DNA of 64,000 bases from Zygnema circumcarinatum SAG 698-1b. Taxonomy: Eukaryota; Plantae; Zygnematophyceae. Where the stretch lies: positions 2,108,001-2,172,000 of the forward strand of contig CM074817.1 of assembly GCA_037447605.1 (NCBI GenBank), written 5' to 3'. Position 1 is the first letter of the stretch, and each line of letters starts with the position of its first letter. Positions 47,987 through 58,354 of this stretch are shown here, one piece after another. Under the pieces are notes generated by a model. It saw only the letters and a list, made by a program, of their open reading frames with translations. It made no database searches and was not told the DNA's origin. Position numbers and translations under genes: made by a program.

Positions 47987-50277
47987 ATGGAGGGGAGCGG
48001 CGGGTGCCGGCTGGTAGTGGTGGGCTCGCGCTTCTGCCTATCGCACAGCGCCACGTGGACGCTGCCGGTGGGCTTCGCCTCGCAGGGCGAGGGCCGCATC
48101 GCCGACGCCAAGGGGCGCCGCGTGTTCGCGCTCGACAGAATGTGGGCACATTGCTTCAAACGCTCCACTTTACTTAGTGCTCCTCTTTATTTCAAAGCAC
48201 CCCACTTAACATTAAGGGACTCAATTTGCCCATTTTTGCTTTCTTTTCTTGCTTAGTTTACTTCTCAGCCATGGTAAGAGAGCAGAGTATTCGGGTTAAA
48301 GGGCTGGGCTTTTTGAACGGAGCGTTCATTAGTTGTTCGCACTGGTAGTGATGTGATGGGTGTGGTGTAAGGAGGAGCTAAAATACGTCCTCTGCAGAAG
48401 GATTAGCGGTAAGATAGAGACGGGTTCACGGTTTGGTGGTGAACGGTAGTATCTCCGCATGCAGTAGACTCCGTAAGGCTGAGAATGCCCAAATTTGGAA
48501 ACCCTAATTTTATGTATGATATACAGTCGGCCTGACAGGTAGAGGGAGAGGTGCTAGTGGTTCTGATCGGGGAGAAGTAAGTGTCGGTACTTTCAGAACG
48601 GTCAACACTGCTAGACTTAGGTTAGAGTTGAGTTGTCAAAATGCAAAATTATCACGTGATTTAGGGTTGAAGCGTTCAAATTAGGGTTCACTCGATCTTT
48701 TACGCATCTCATCCGTACTCAGCGGTGCTGCATTATCGTATGGATCACTGCTGGGCTAAACCTAGCACATAAAATAAGGGGTTAGAATACCCTTTTTTGT
48801 GTGAGAATTGATTACAAATACGCCTGGCAACGCAGCTTATGTGAAAGGTCTTTTGAAGGACAGGATTTGGGAACTCTACAGCGTCTGAATGTGTACATAA
48901 GGTAGTTAAAAAGGGCCCTTATTTTGGGTCTCTGAGGCTCCTCTAGTTGTTAATATTCCCAAATTTCGTCTCACACCATGGAGATCACAACTATAAGTCT
49001 AATAGAAAGATTCGAAGATAGAATTGTGTCCACGTGGTGCGAGAAATTTGCGTGGTCTGCTACAGTGGGTTCTCCTACAAAACATTCTGATCTTTCTCTC
49101 TTCCCTTTTCCCCGATATGTGTGATCTCAGACCCAACAGTCAACGGGAAAAGAAGCGGCTGGTCGATGCAAATGGAAGCCCCGTGTGCTGCTGGTATTAC
49201 CCTTCAAAGAGTGTCCGTAACCTTCTCTATATTGGAGTAGGGGACAACTATGATCCGTCGGAGTATTTGGCGATTATGCAGCCAAGTTTTGCAACATTAA
49301 CAAACAAGTTTAAGCTTAAGGTGTGTGCTTAGCCGTGTAATCTTCGCGATGTTTGCACATCACTCTGCATGTGGCCACTGTGCAAGCATTCTCCCTTCTC
49401 CCGTTAAGCGAGAAGAATGGTCTTTCTGCAGATCTTCCTCTGCGGCAATCAGTCCGGAGAACCGGACTTTGAGGTCGCGGGTTCGAGATCGACCAAATGC
49501 TTTGCGGTACATCTCTCACTCTCTCGTTCTCGATCTCTCTCACCCCCCGCCCGTGCGTCTCCCGTTTCCGTCACTCTCCCCCTCCCTCCCCTCGTCCTTT
49601 TCTCTCCTCCTTTTCCCTCCATCCCCATCTCACTCTCCCTCTCTCATTCCTCTCTTTCTCTCTTTTTCTCCTTCTCTCTCTCTTTTCTCCCTCCCTCCCC
49701 CCTCTGTCACACTCTCTTCCCCACTCGCTCACTCTTTCCCTTCCCCCGTCTCCTCGCTACCCCTCTCCCTCTACCCCCCCTCTCACTCCCCCCCTCCTCC
49801 CACCACCACTCTCTCCCGTGCATGTTCCACCATGACTTCTCGGACCTTCTTCCTTTTCCTCCTACGAGCCTTTCATGCCCATCCTTAGTTAAGCATTACA
49901 GCTCATGTTATATGCTGCAACGCACAGACATTGCCCTTGCCCTTCCCGTTGACCCCTGCTCGGGGGGGGTTGTTCGGTCCGTACAGTTCTTCACTCCTGC
50001 GGGCGAGTCGGTGGCGGTGGTAAACGCGGTGGTGACGCGCGAGCGGACGTGGCTGACGGGGCCCGAAGAGGAGTACCAATGTACGGTCGCGCCAGGCGTG
50101 GACCTCGCCTTCGTGGCCATGGTGCTCTGCCACGTGGACGACATCTTCACACGTGGCAAGAGCCCCGGCGCCCCCCAGGCCGCCTCCGCCAGCTGTACTG
50201 GTTGCCCCGCCAATGGGACCGTCCTGCCCGGACCCAGCAAGAAGTGGAATGCTCGCGTGCAGAATGCCCTAGGTTGA
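47987..50277 (+). CDS. LURP-one-related / tubby C2-like protein, 4 exons
   Basis: VVGSRFC, IADAKGRRVF, KRLVDANGSPV, PDFEVAG and Y.CTVAPGVDLAFVAMVL..VD follow the LOR/LURP family pattern; junctions in frame. Confidence 0.8.
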
Positions 50278-50437
50278 CCCATGTTGACCTATATTGACCT
50301 ATGTTGACTTGGGTTGACCCTATGTTGATTTGGGTTGACCCTATGATGACCTTAGGTTGGCCCTATGCTGACCATAAGTTGACCCATGTTGGCCCTAGTT
50401 TTTGGCCCTAGGTTGACCCTAGGTTGACCCTAGGTTC
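50274..50437. repeat. Degenerate ~10-11 bp GTTGACCCTA(T/G) tandem repeat at the LURP-like stop/3' UTR
   Basis: Direct reading. Confidence 0.75.
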
Positions 50438-51015
50438 AGGGTTCCATAGGGTTTAGGTTCCAGCAGGGAAGTTGCCTATGCGGAGCTTTGCAGCACAATA
50501 GGCGCCCTGTAGGAAGCTCTGCAAGGTGCGCCTATTTGTTGGATGGTGAGAGAAGACGACGCGCGTGTAATTAGCACTGAGTTGAGCCGGGCCAAATGCA
50601 GCTTCAGCTCTCTCGCAATTCGCTTCACCTTCATCAGGTGAAGCTTTCTGCACTCTGCAGGTTTTACCTTTCTGGGGCGGTGTCCCCTCAGAGAGGGTGA
50701 GGATTACAGCCGGAGGAGGGCTAAGTTTAGGGCGGAGAGGCGTACGGGCTAGGGTTTGGATGTACCATTTTGTAATTGTTTTTGTTTTTATTTTTATTTT
50801 TAAGTAGCAATGAAGTCTCCTTTCGGGCACTGTTAACCGACTCTCAATGGTTGGAACCAGGACCTGAAATGCGCAGATTTTAAACGGGGACTGCTCTGGC
50901 ACGTGCGAGTCACGTCTCAACATTTTGCAGAAGGATGTGCTTTGACCATTACGTCGTTACTAGCCGTTAGTCATTATGTGGAAAACCTACTTAAACGAAC
51001 AATGGAGACCCCCTA

Positions 51016-51235
51016 ACCAATGAATGTATTGGCAAAGGTTGCCAACCATTGTATCCAATGCTTGCAACCACTTGAGTGCCAAACAGTTGCTAGCAACCAT
51101 TGGCGATGGTTGTTGACCATTGAGTCGATTAATTCCAACCATATACAATGGTTGGCTGAGTTGCCAACCAATGGTTCAACCATTGGCAATGGCAATGGCA
51201 TTGGTTGGTACCAATGGGTTTGCAACCATTCTTCC
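51016..51235. repeat. Cluster of CAACCATTGG/CCAATGGTTG motifs in both orientations
   Basis: Direct reading; the same motif family occurs at 54121-54430. Confidence 0.75.
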
Positions 51236-51413
51236 AACTGGATATTTACAATTCCATGCGTGAGCTGTATTTCTAGCTCCAAGAAATCGGCCTAACGGAT
51301 TTTGACGATACAGTAATTCATTTCTTTTTTGTGGAAGCTTAGAGTGTGTGGATTAGATTTGTGAACCTACAGAAGTTATTAGATACAAAATTTTTACTTC
51401 TACGTTTCCAAGC

Positions 51414-51534
51414 GTGGTGCGATCATACCTAGGCTACTACGCCGGATCCCATCAGAACTCCGCAGCTATGCGCCTGTGGGCCGAAATAGTACTGGGATGG
51501 GTGACCTCCCGGGAAATCCCGGTGTCGCACCCAC
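51414..51534 (+). rRNA. 5S rRNA: 5S rRNA gene (solitary, full length)
   Basis: GTGGTGCGATCATACC...GGATCCCATCAGAACTCCGCAG...TAGTACTGGGATGGGTGACCTCCCGGGAAATCCCGGTGTCGCACCC. Helices I-III pair, the C box is intact, there is a pyrimidine at -1, and T4/T5 runs follow. Confidence 0.9.
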
Positions 51535-51670
51535 CACTCTTTTGGTTTTTACGTTTTTCTTGAAAATGATATTCCATCCCCATCCCCCTGTTTTGGATAT
51601 CAGGAAATTACAGTAGAATGTAACGTTTGTCAAAAGTTTTAGATTTGTTTTGAGAGACAAATTAATGTTA

Positions 51671-52058
51671 GGGCCTGCCCGAATCCGCTCAGAGCGGACG
51701 ATCCGTCCGGCTCGCTCGTGCGAGTGCGCGCGTCTCTCGGCCCGAGATCTCCGCAAAGCTATGGAACTGGACAGGAGAGCCTGCGGCGGCTCGCCTTTGA
51801 CAACTGGAAGCCAATCATCATCAGCCACGTGGAATTATGTATGACATGGCACATTGTGACTGGTTTAGGCTGTACGGTGTGAAAGCCTTTCCTCGAAGCT
51901 GGGACCGTACGACCTTTTTACGGACCCGATTCGGTCGCCTATATCCGTACGGATACGTCCAGGCGCCGCCGCGTGCCGTCCGCGAACTATTTACCGTTTG
52001 ACGTCTTCCAATGGGGACAAGCCACGTAAGCAGAAATGGTTTAATTTACGTCTGGCCC
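51671..52058. mobile_element. 388-bp family-A-core derivative with short GGGCC termini (PIF/Harbinger-like MITE)
   Basis: Starts GGGCCTGCCCGAATCCGCTC (family A internal motif) and ends CGTCTGGCCC; flanks TTA/TGA (imperfect TSD). Confidence 0.55.
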
Positions 52059-52099
52059 TGATGGGGTCCGGCGTAGTAGCCTAGGTATGATCGCACCAC
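52058..52099 (-). pseudogene. 5S rRNA: Truncated 5S rRNA copy (first ~42 nt)
   Basis: Reverse complement GTGGTGCGATCATACCTAGGCTACTACGCCGGACCCCATCAG has one mismatch to the full copy; upstream flank also homologous. Confidence 0.85.
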
Positions 52100-52820
52100 A
52101 CTTGTTGTAACCATTAATTTAAATATAATAAAATTTTAGGTTCACAAATTTAACCACACACTGAAAGCCTCCACAAAAAAAAAAATTAGCGTCAAAAACC
52201 GTTACGCCGATGTTTTGGAGCTAGAAATACAGCTCACGCATGGAACTGTGCACATCCAGTTGCACACAACAGGACTACCCACCATATAGCTACAGTCGAA
52301 CGTTACATGTAACGGTACCCTTGGCGTTTCCGCAGAATGCGCTTCTTGCCGAACAGCAAAACGACAAAACTCCTCATAATTACAACGAGACCGTACGATT
52401 TGATTTCTCCCAACATGGGCGGTAGCAGATTCTGCTGGCTTCCCACCTCCTAACTTTGTCGTCTAGAGCCGTGGCCGACCCTTGGCCAATCAGCGCCCTC
52501 TTCCGCCCATGTGCTGCCGGCCGCGTTCCACTACCGACATAAAATCTTCATTGCGCACGTGCAAACTCAAGATTCGATTTTCTTGCCCTTCCCGCGAATC
52601 TTGGAAAGATTTTATCCTTGTCTTATTCACTGTCTGCGCCAGCGTTCGTACGTTTACGAAGCTTCCAGGTGGGTGCGGTCGCGGCGGGCGGCGGGCGGCC
52701 GCCACCAAAAATGGGCTCCTATGCATGGCGGTGGAGCTGAGGGCTGGCTCAAATTGGAGGGTTTTGGAGGGCGATTTTAGGGTTTGGGAGTGTGAAGTTT
52801 AGGGTTTTGGAGGGCGGAAA

Positions 52821-53510
52821 ATGGTGCTGAGGTTTTGGAGAGTGGCGGTTTCGGAGGGTTCAGAGGCAATGTACATCTTCAGACGGGCGGGCGAGCAGGG
52901 AGGGGCCGTCCATGGCGGCTCGCAGTTCGACCGCTTCTCCTCCCTCGGCCGCCCGCAGCTCCGCCACCCCTTCGTGTACCGCGGAGGGGCGGAGGCCTCA
53001 CTGGCGGACGGGGGAAGCTCTGGCCATGACGGAGCAGACCAAGGGGGAGCGGAGAGCCCTGAGTACGGGTGGGAGAAGAGAGTGGAGGACGGGGAGCGTA
53101 AAGCGCATAGCGCCATGGCGGGCGGAGACCCTCCACAGCACGTGGAGGCCATGGCTGCCGGTCCGGCCCGCAGAGGGAGGGCACGCCTGCGTGTGAGGGC
53201 CGGCCCGCTGAACTCGCTGAGGGAGGAGGTGGAGGCGAGCGTGGGAGAGGCGGAGGGGCAGGAGGAGGTCATGCAGTGGTGCTCCTCGTGGAGCTCCATG
53301 GCGGCCTTGTGCATCCTCTTCCTGCTCATAGTGGGCCTGCCGCCTCTCCTGCCTGTGCTCCCCCTGCCGCCCTACGAGCTCATGTTCTTTCCCGGCCTCC
53401 TCCTGCTGCTGCTGCTCGCCTTCGCGGCCATGCCTGACGCGGCCTCGCCATCGCCGCCGTCTCCTTGGCCTGTTGCTCCTTCTTCAAGAGGGCAAAAGTG
53501 GGCTCATTGA
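52821..53510 (+). CDS. Single-exon ARGOS/OSR-domain-like small membrane protein
   Basis: IVGLPPLLPVLPLPPYELMFFPGLLLLLLLAFAAMP aligns without gaps to the ARGOS OSR core LILPLVLPPLPPPPFMLLLVPIGIMVLLVVLAFMP; GC-rich coding-like ORF. Confidence 0.75.
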   Translation: MVLRFWRVAVSEGSEAMYIFRRAGEQGGAVHGGSQFDRFSSLGRPQLRHPFVYRGGAEASLADGGSSGHDGADQGGAESPEYGWEKRVEDGERKAHSAMAGGDPPQHVEAMAAGPARRGRARLRVRAGPLNSLREEVEASVGEAEGQEEVMQWCSSWSSMAALCILFLLIVGLPPLLPVLPLPPYELMFFPGLLLLLLLAFAAMPDAASPSPPSPWPVAPSSRGQKWAH

Positions 53511-54173
53511 CAGCGCACTTACAGCGCCAACAGCGCCAAGCTTTCAATATGGCTAGTTTGACTTCTGTCTAGGTGTAGTCATGAGCAAGAGCGAGCGAGT
53601 AAAGGGATGTGGTGGTCGCGGAGGCACATGTCTGAAGGCTCTTCCCCTGAAGGGGGAGATAGGTGATTGTTTATTTTCACATTCATGTTCATAGATGATA
53701 GTTTGCAGAAGCAGAATGGCTCTGACGCCCTTAGGTAACTTGAGCAGTAGGAGCTCCTTCCACGTTGTCAGAGGCAGAGGTAGTGTTCAGCAGAACGGAG
53801 TAGCATGCAGACCAGACGCTCACAAGTGAAAAGTAGGAAGCAGTAGAGCAGGGATATTTGGAAACTTGGTCTCGGTAGATTTTGTATAGTTCTTCGAATT
53901 AGATTTTAGTGTCAATACTTCAGAGACGCAGATCGGTTAGTCAGCTGCTAACCAGTTGTACTCATGTGCCACTGAAAGCTTGCTTCTCGGCCTTGAGTTT
54001 GCTTGCTTCGCCTGCAGGTTTTGATCTTTGTTTGCGGCAGGAACTGTTTCCGGATGCCTTTGAAGACTCTGAAACTTACACCTTCGTCAGTTAGTACTAA
54101 GAAGGCTGCAGGACCATGGGATCGGCAACCATTGGACAAATACTGGATACCAATGGTTGGCCGTCTAATGTTT

Positions 54174-54320
54174 GGCAACCATTGGAATGGCTGGCAACCG
54201 TTGGAATGGCTGGCAACCGTTGGTATGGCTGGCAACCGTTGGAATGGCTGGCAACCGTTGGAATGGCGGGCAACCGTTGGAATGGCTGGCAACCGTTGGA
54301 ATGGCTGGCAACCATTGGCA
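54174..54320. repeat. 19-bp tandem repeat GGCAACCGTTGGAATGGCT, 7 copies plus a partial, within a wider CAACCATTGG cluster (54121-54430)
   Basis: Units start at 54174, 54193, 54212, 54231, 54250, 54269, 54288 and 54307. Confidence 0.92.
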
Positions 54321-55038
54321 TCTAATGGTTGTCAAACCTTTGCAATGGTTGGGTTGTTTCAGTCACATGCAAATGGTTTGCAACCCATGTTGAATCCAAT
54401 GGTTGGCAACCACTGCAATGGTTGGAACTAATACATAGAAAGTGCAAAATTGTATTCACCAACTGCCGAATGCGAACTCATGTCTAGTAATGTATGGAAA
54501 CGACCCACTTTCAACCATTACAGAGCGTGTTGACGTGAATTTTTGCTATTAACACCCGCTTTACTGACAAAACTCTTTACCACGACCTCATTGCTTGTCA
54601 TTTTTTCGTCCTTTGATCCTTTGTGACCCGTTCCTCGTGATTCCCCCTGCTGATTTTGTCCACGTACATTTGATGGCATCATCGCCATCGTCAGATCAAT
54701 GCCACATCTTTTCCTTTAACCAATGGTTGGCACCCATTCCAATCATTGATCCAATGGTGCGACCTGTGATGTACACCAAGGACAAAAATCTCGTAATACA
54801 TTACCAACAATCAGGAGGAGTTTCCATGAATTAATTGCCTTCCATGATCACTCTTCTTCCTCACCCATTTCTGCCTTCGACATTGACAAGGCCTCTCTGA
54901 TCTCCTTCTCCTCTTACAAACCGCTCTGAGCAGTCCGAGCAACAACCCATCTACCTCCCTTTCCCTTTACTTTTTCCTTTTCCTTTTCTATTTTTTGAAT
55001 TTATTCCTCGCCGTTGCCTGAGCCAGCACAGTCCGAAT

Positions 55039-57531
55039 CTACTTCAAAAATGTGGTCGCCAACCAGAGGAAGACATATGAGACGAGAGCGGTCCCAAGTT
55101 CGAGGCTCCAAAACCGCGGAAGGATCGCCTCCGGAGCGAGAGGAACCACGAGGGAGCCCACCACCCACCCCACCACCAACGCTCCAAAACTGCAACACAG
55201 AACGGGGACCATGGAACGGCAAGATTAGGTCACACTCACGGCTTACATTACAATGATGCGCGCTCCATTTGGCTTCAGTACCGTTGAACAGAACACAACT
55301 GTGCGTCGAACTGCATGCATGGAAACTACCTCCCCTCCGCTGTAAAAACAGTTGCAGAAGGAAGTTGAGGGTAGGGCTTTACCCGAGGAGAAAGGCGCGT
55401 CCAAGGCTCTTAAGACGGTCATTCATGAAGTAGACAGAGGTGGCTAGGGCGACTGCCACCTGTCCAAACAGAGGTAAAACAAACCCATTAAACACACAGA
55501 ATAGGTTCGTATTGCCTAGAGTTATGACAAGCTTTACTCCATATTGAGAGAGAGATGTGTAATTATCTGCCATACCTGGAAGGCCGGGCCCCCTTCGGAG
55601 GGGTTCATGACACTCCACACCCCTAGCAGCACATAGAGAACCAATCGCTGCACAATGACGGCGCTTTTGGGCACCTCCACCATATTGAAGATGCCCTGAA
55701 TCCAAGGGGGGGACTCTGCCATTCGCTTCTTCAAGTCAGCCTGCATCCCTCCATACACGATACTCTCCAGATTAGCAGTGCATTAGCTGCATAGAAAGCA
55801 GTCTCGTAAGTATTCGGAGTTTCGGGAATCCATGGCTTCCTTTGAAATCAACGGATTCCGACAAAGCAAGGAGTTCTGAGCCGCTTGCAATCAGAAAGTT
55901 CAGAAATTCAGAGCGCAGTTGACCTAGATGGGAGAAACAAGACAAGGTTGGTTACACATAAAGCCTAACTGAGTGTTTCGAAGTGTTTGGCGATCCATTG
56001 TTTCAGCTAACAATAACCCCTCCAATTAGGAACTCAAGGGGAAACCAGCCATAGTTTCAACTACAAAAAACAAGATATTTCGTTTATTTTTTCCTTAGTC
56101 ACGAAAGCAGGGGCTCTTGATTTTCATTGAGTTGATTTCAGAAGCCAAACAAAATTTCAATCAGTTGCTTGGAGGAGCTCCTCCTGTCGACAAACTCATT
56201 CTTTCTAAGATGCTGCCCTGACTGCAATGAGAAATGACCCACCTTCAAATTGATCTTCGTCTTTTTCCTAAGCCTAAACTTCTCCGAGATAATTTTGTCG
56301 TAAGCATCCTCGATCGCTTCTCGGCTCCGCTCATGCCCCTCATGTTCCGCTAACAGATAATTTTTTGCTTCCTGAATCTCCTCAGTAGAGGCATCTCGTC
56401 CAAGGCCGAGCCTCTTGTAGGGATCTCTCACTCCTATCCGAGGGAACACTGATGGGGGACCTGCAGCATAACAGCAGGTATTCGAAACCCTTCATCAATT
56501 TTTTTTCTCTGTAGGACAATGCTCACATTTCTTCACTGCATTCTTCAAGCGGATAGCATAATTGCCTAGCTGAAACTTCACAGGCTGAAAGATTCTTACC
56601 CTAAAACTGGGAATACTTCAGCTTTTTACAAATGGGTTCGGTACTTAAGAATTGAGTATGAAGCCCATGTTGGAGTGGTGAAGCATTCATCATGTTTTGA
56701 TGTAAAGGACGTGAAGGGATGGAACCCCACTTTATACATACATCGGAGAATAAAAGAATTTCCAAACCCAAAGGGAGAGTCGAAAAAGCTGACGCTCACC
56801 TGAAGCCGACTCCTCTCCGCCTATTGAAGCATCCATGGCCATGACATGCATTCTCCGGAATGTGGACATGCCGCCATGGCGCCCTGCCCTGAAGCCCAGC
56901 CCAGGCTGAGTGAGACCTTTAGATTCTAGCAAGCAGCAGCCATTGTTTAAGCTGTTTAAGGTTGGAAAACCTCCAAAACTAAGCATGCTTTTCCTGTTTT
57001 CAAAAGTAGAGTCTCACCGAATGTAGACGATCAAATTCTTTTTCCAGCCCTTCAGCAATATATTATTGAGGAGATGCCCTACAGTTTAATTCCCCAGTTT
57101 ATCAATTCCATAAGTGTCTTTGCTGAGAGTACGCGTGAATGTGTATACGTGTGTGTGTGTGAGAGAGAGAGCGAGAGAGACAGAGGTAGGAGACCTCAGG
57201 TGTTCCAGCATTGAAGCTGCACATTAACCCTAAGACTCAACCCTAACCTAAATCCACGCAATATGCTCCACTACAACAGCACTTACATGCATCAGTTCAA
57301 TTAGAATCCCTAGAGAGACATCAATTCTACTCACTTCACCAGAGGCGAAATCTGCACGCCTAGAAGCTCCGACCGCAAGAAACGAGCCCTTTGCTCTCTG
57401 TGCGAGGAGGAGACGCCGCCATGGCTGACAGAGCTGCAGGAACAGGGGCCCACGTGGCAACTTCTGAAGTCCCGGGCCTCAGCCCGCAGCGGCGCAGCGG
57501 GAATCCGCGCAACGGCTGCGCAGGCAGCCAT
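55039..57531 (-). CDS. Chloroplast J-like CPP1/CDF1-family (DUF3353) protein, At2g20920-like
   Basis: FPRIGVRDPYKRLGL..DAS.EEIQEAKNYL, SPPW, SEGGPAFQVAVAL, KSLGRAFLLGFGALVVGW..GSL...WSLEL.TALVSYVFLWL.TTFLK*. Confidence 0.88.
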
Positions 57532-57649
57532 GGCTGCCGAGCTCGCCGGCTTCCCTCCTCGGGAGGAGGCCGAGCGAGAGAAAGAGGGAGAGGGAGAGGG
57601 CGGGGTTCAGGATAGGGTTGGGGGCACCGGGGCACGCGGGCGCATGTCC

Positions 57650-57890
57650 GGAAGGGGGGGCATGGAAGGGGCACGCGATGGATCGTGACCGGGGCATGAA
57701 ATGGGGCATGACCCCCCCCCCTGCCGGAGGGTGGGGGGGCATGGCCGGGGCACTTGAGGGGTCGTGACCGGGGAATGAAAAATGGGGCATGACCCCCTTG
57801 CCGGAGGGTGGGGGGGCATGGCCGGGGCACTTGAGGGGTCGTGACCGGGGAATGAAAAATGGGGCATGACCCCCTTGCCGGAGGGGGGAA
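57650..57890. repeat. 77-bp G-rich tandem repeat, ~3 copies, upstream of the CPP1-like start
   Basis: CCGGAGG anchors at 57724, 57801 and 57878 (period 77). Confidence 0.88.
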
Positions 57891-58354
57891 AGCACGTGCC
57901 GCGGGGCACGGGTCGGGGGGGTGTCGTGCCTCCAACGCTAACGGAGGGTTCATTTGCAGTGCGATCGGAATGAATGTCTTTTAGGACGATAAAAAAAGGA
58001 AAAGGAAAAGGGAAAAGGTAACCTTATGAAGATTTAAGCGGAACTCAGAAAAGCAGGTTCCATACTTCAATTCCTCTTTCATTTCATATTATATTTTTTT
58101 TGAAATTATTATTAAAAAATCATTATTCAATTCTTCTCTAATGCTTGTGAAAGTCCACGGAGAAAAAGACCTCTCTTCATGAAACGGATGAAAGTCAAGC
58201 ATGACTCCTTAACTATAACCTTTGAGAAAGGGAGGGCTCTGAACCCTAACCTTCACTCTTTATTGTACCGAAAGAAAACACAAAAAGAACGAACTAAAGG
58301 TAAACAAAAAAATTATACCCCCCCCCCCTCTCCTCCTCCCTTTGGCTCCACCCC

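Noticed and set aside
49470-49495. GGTTCGAG T-loop-like motif
   Set aside because: Inside a LURP-like coding exon; no cloverleaf can be built.
50453-50923. 156-codon minus-strand ORF
   Set aside because: No recognisable domain; crosses an AT-rich low-complexity stretch; no splice support.
51414-52099. Cassandra TRIM or SINE3 interpretation of the 5S copies
   Set aside because: Copies are inverted rather than direct LTRs; no TG...CA ends, PBS/PPT, poly-A tail or TSD seen.
54097-54431. 19-bp array or the CAACCATTGG clusters as a CRISPR array or repeat protein
   Set aside because: Head-to-tail units without unique spacers, eukaryotic context, and no cas genes.
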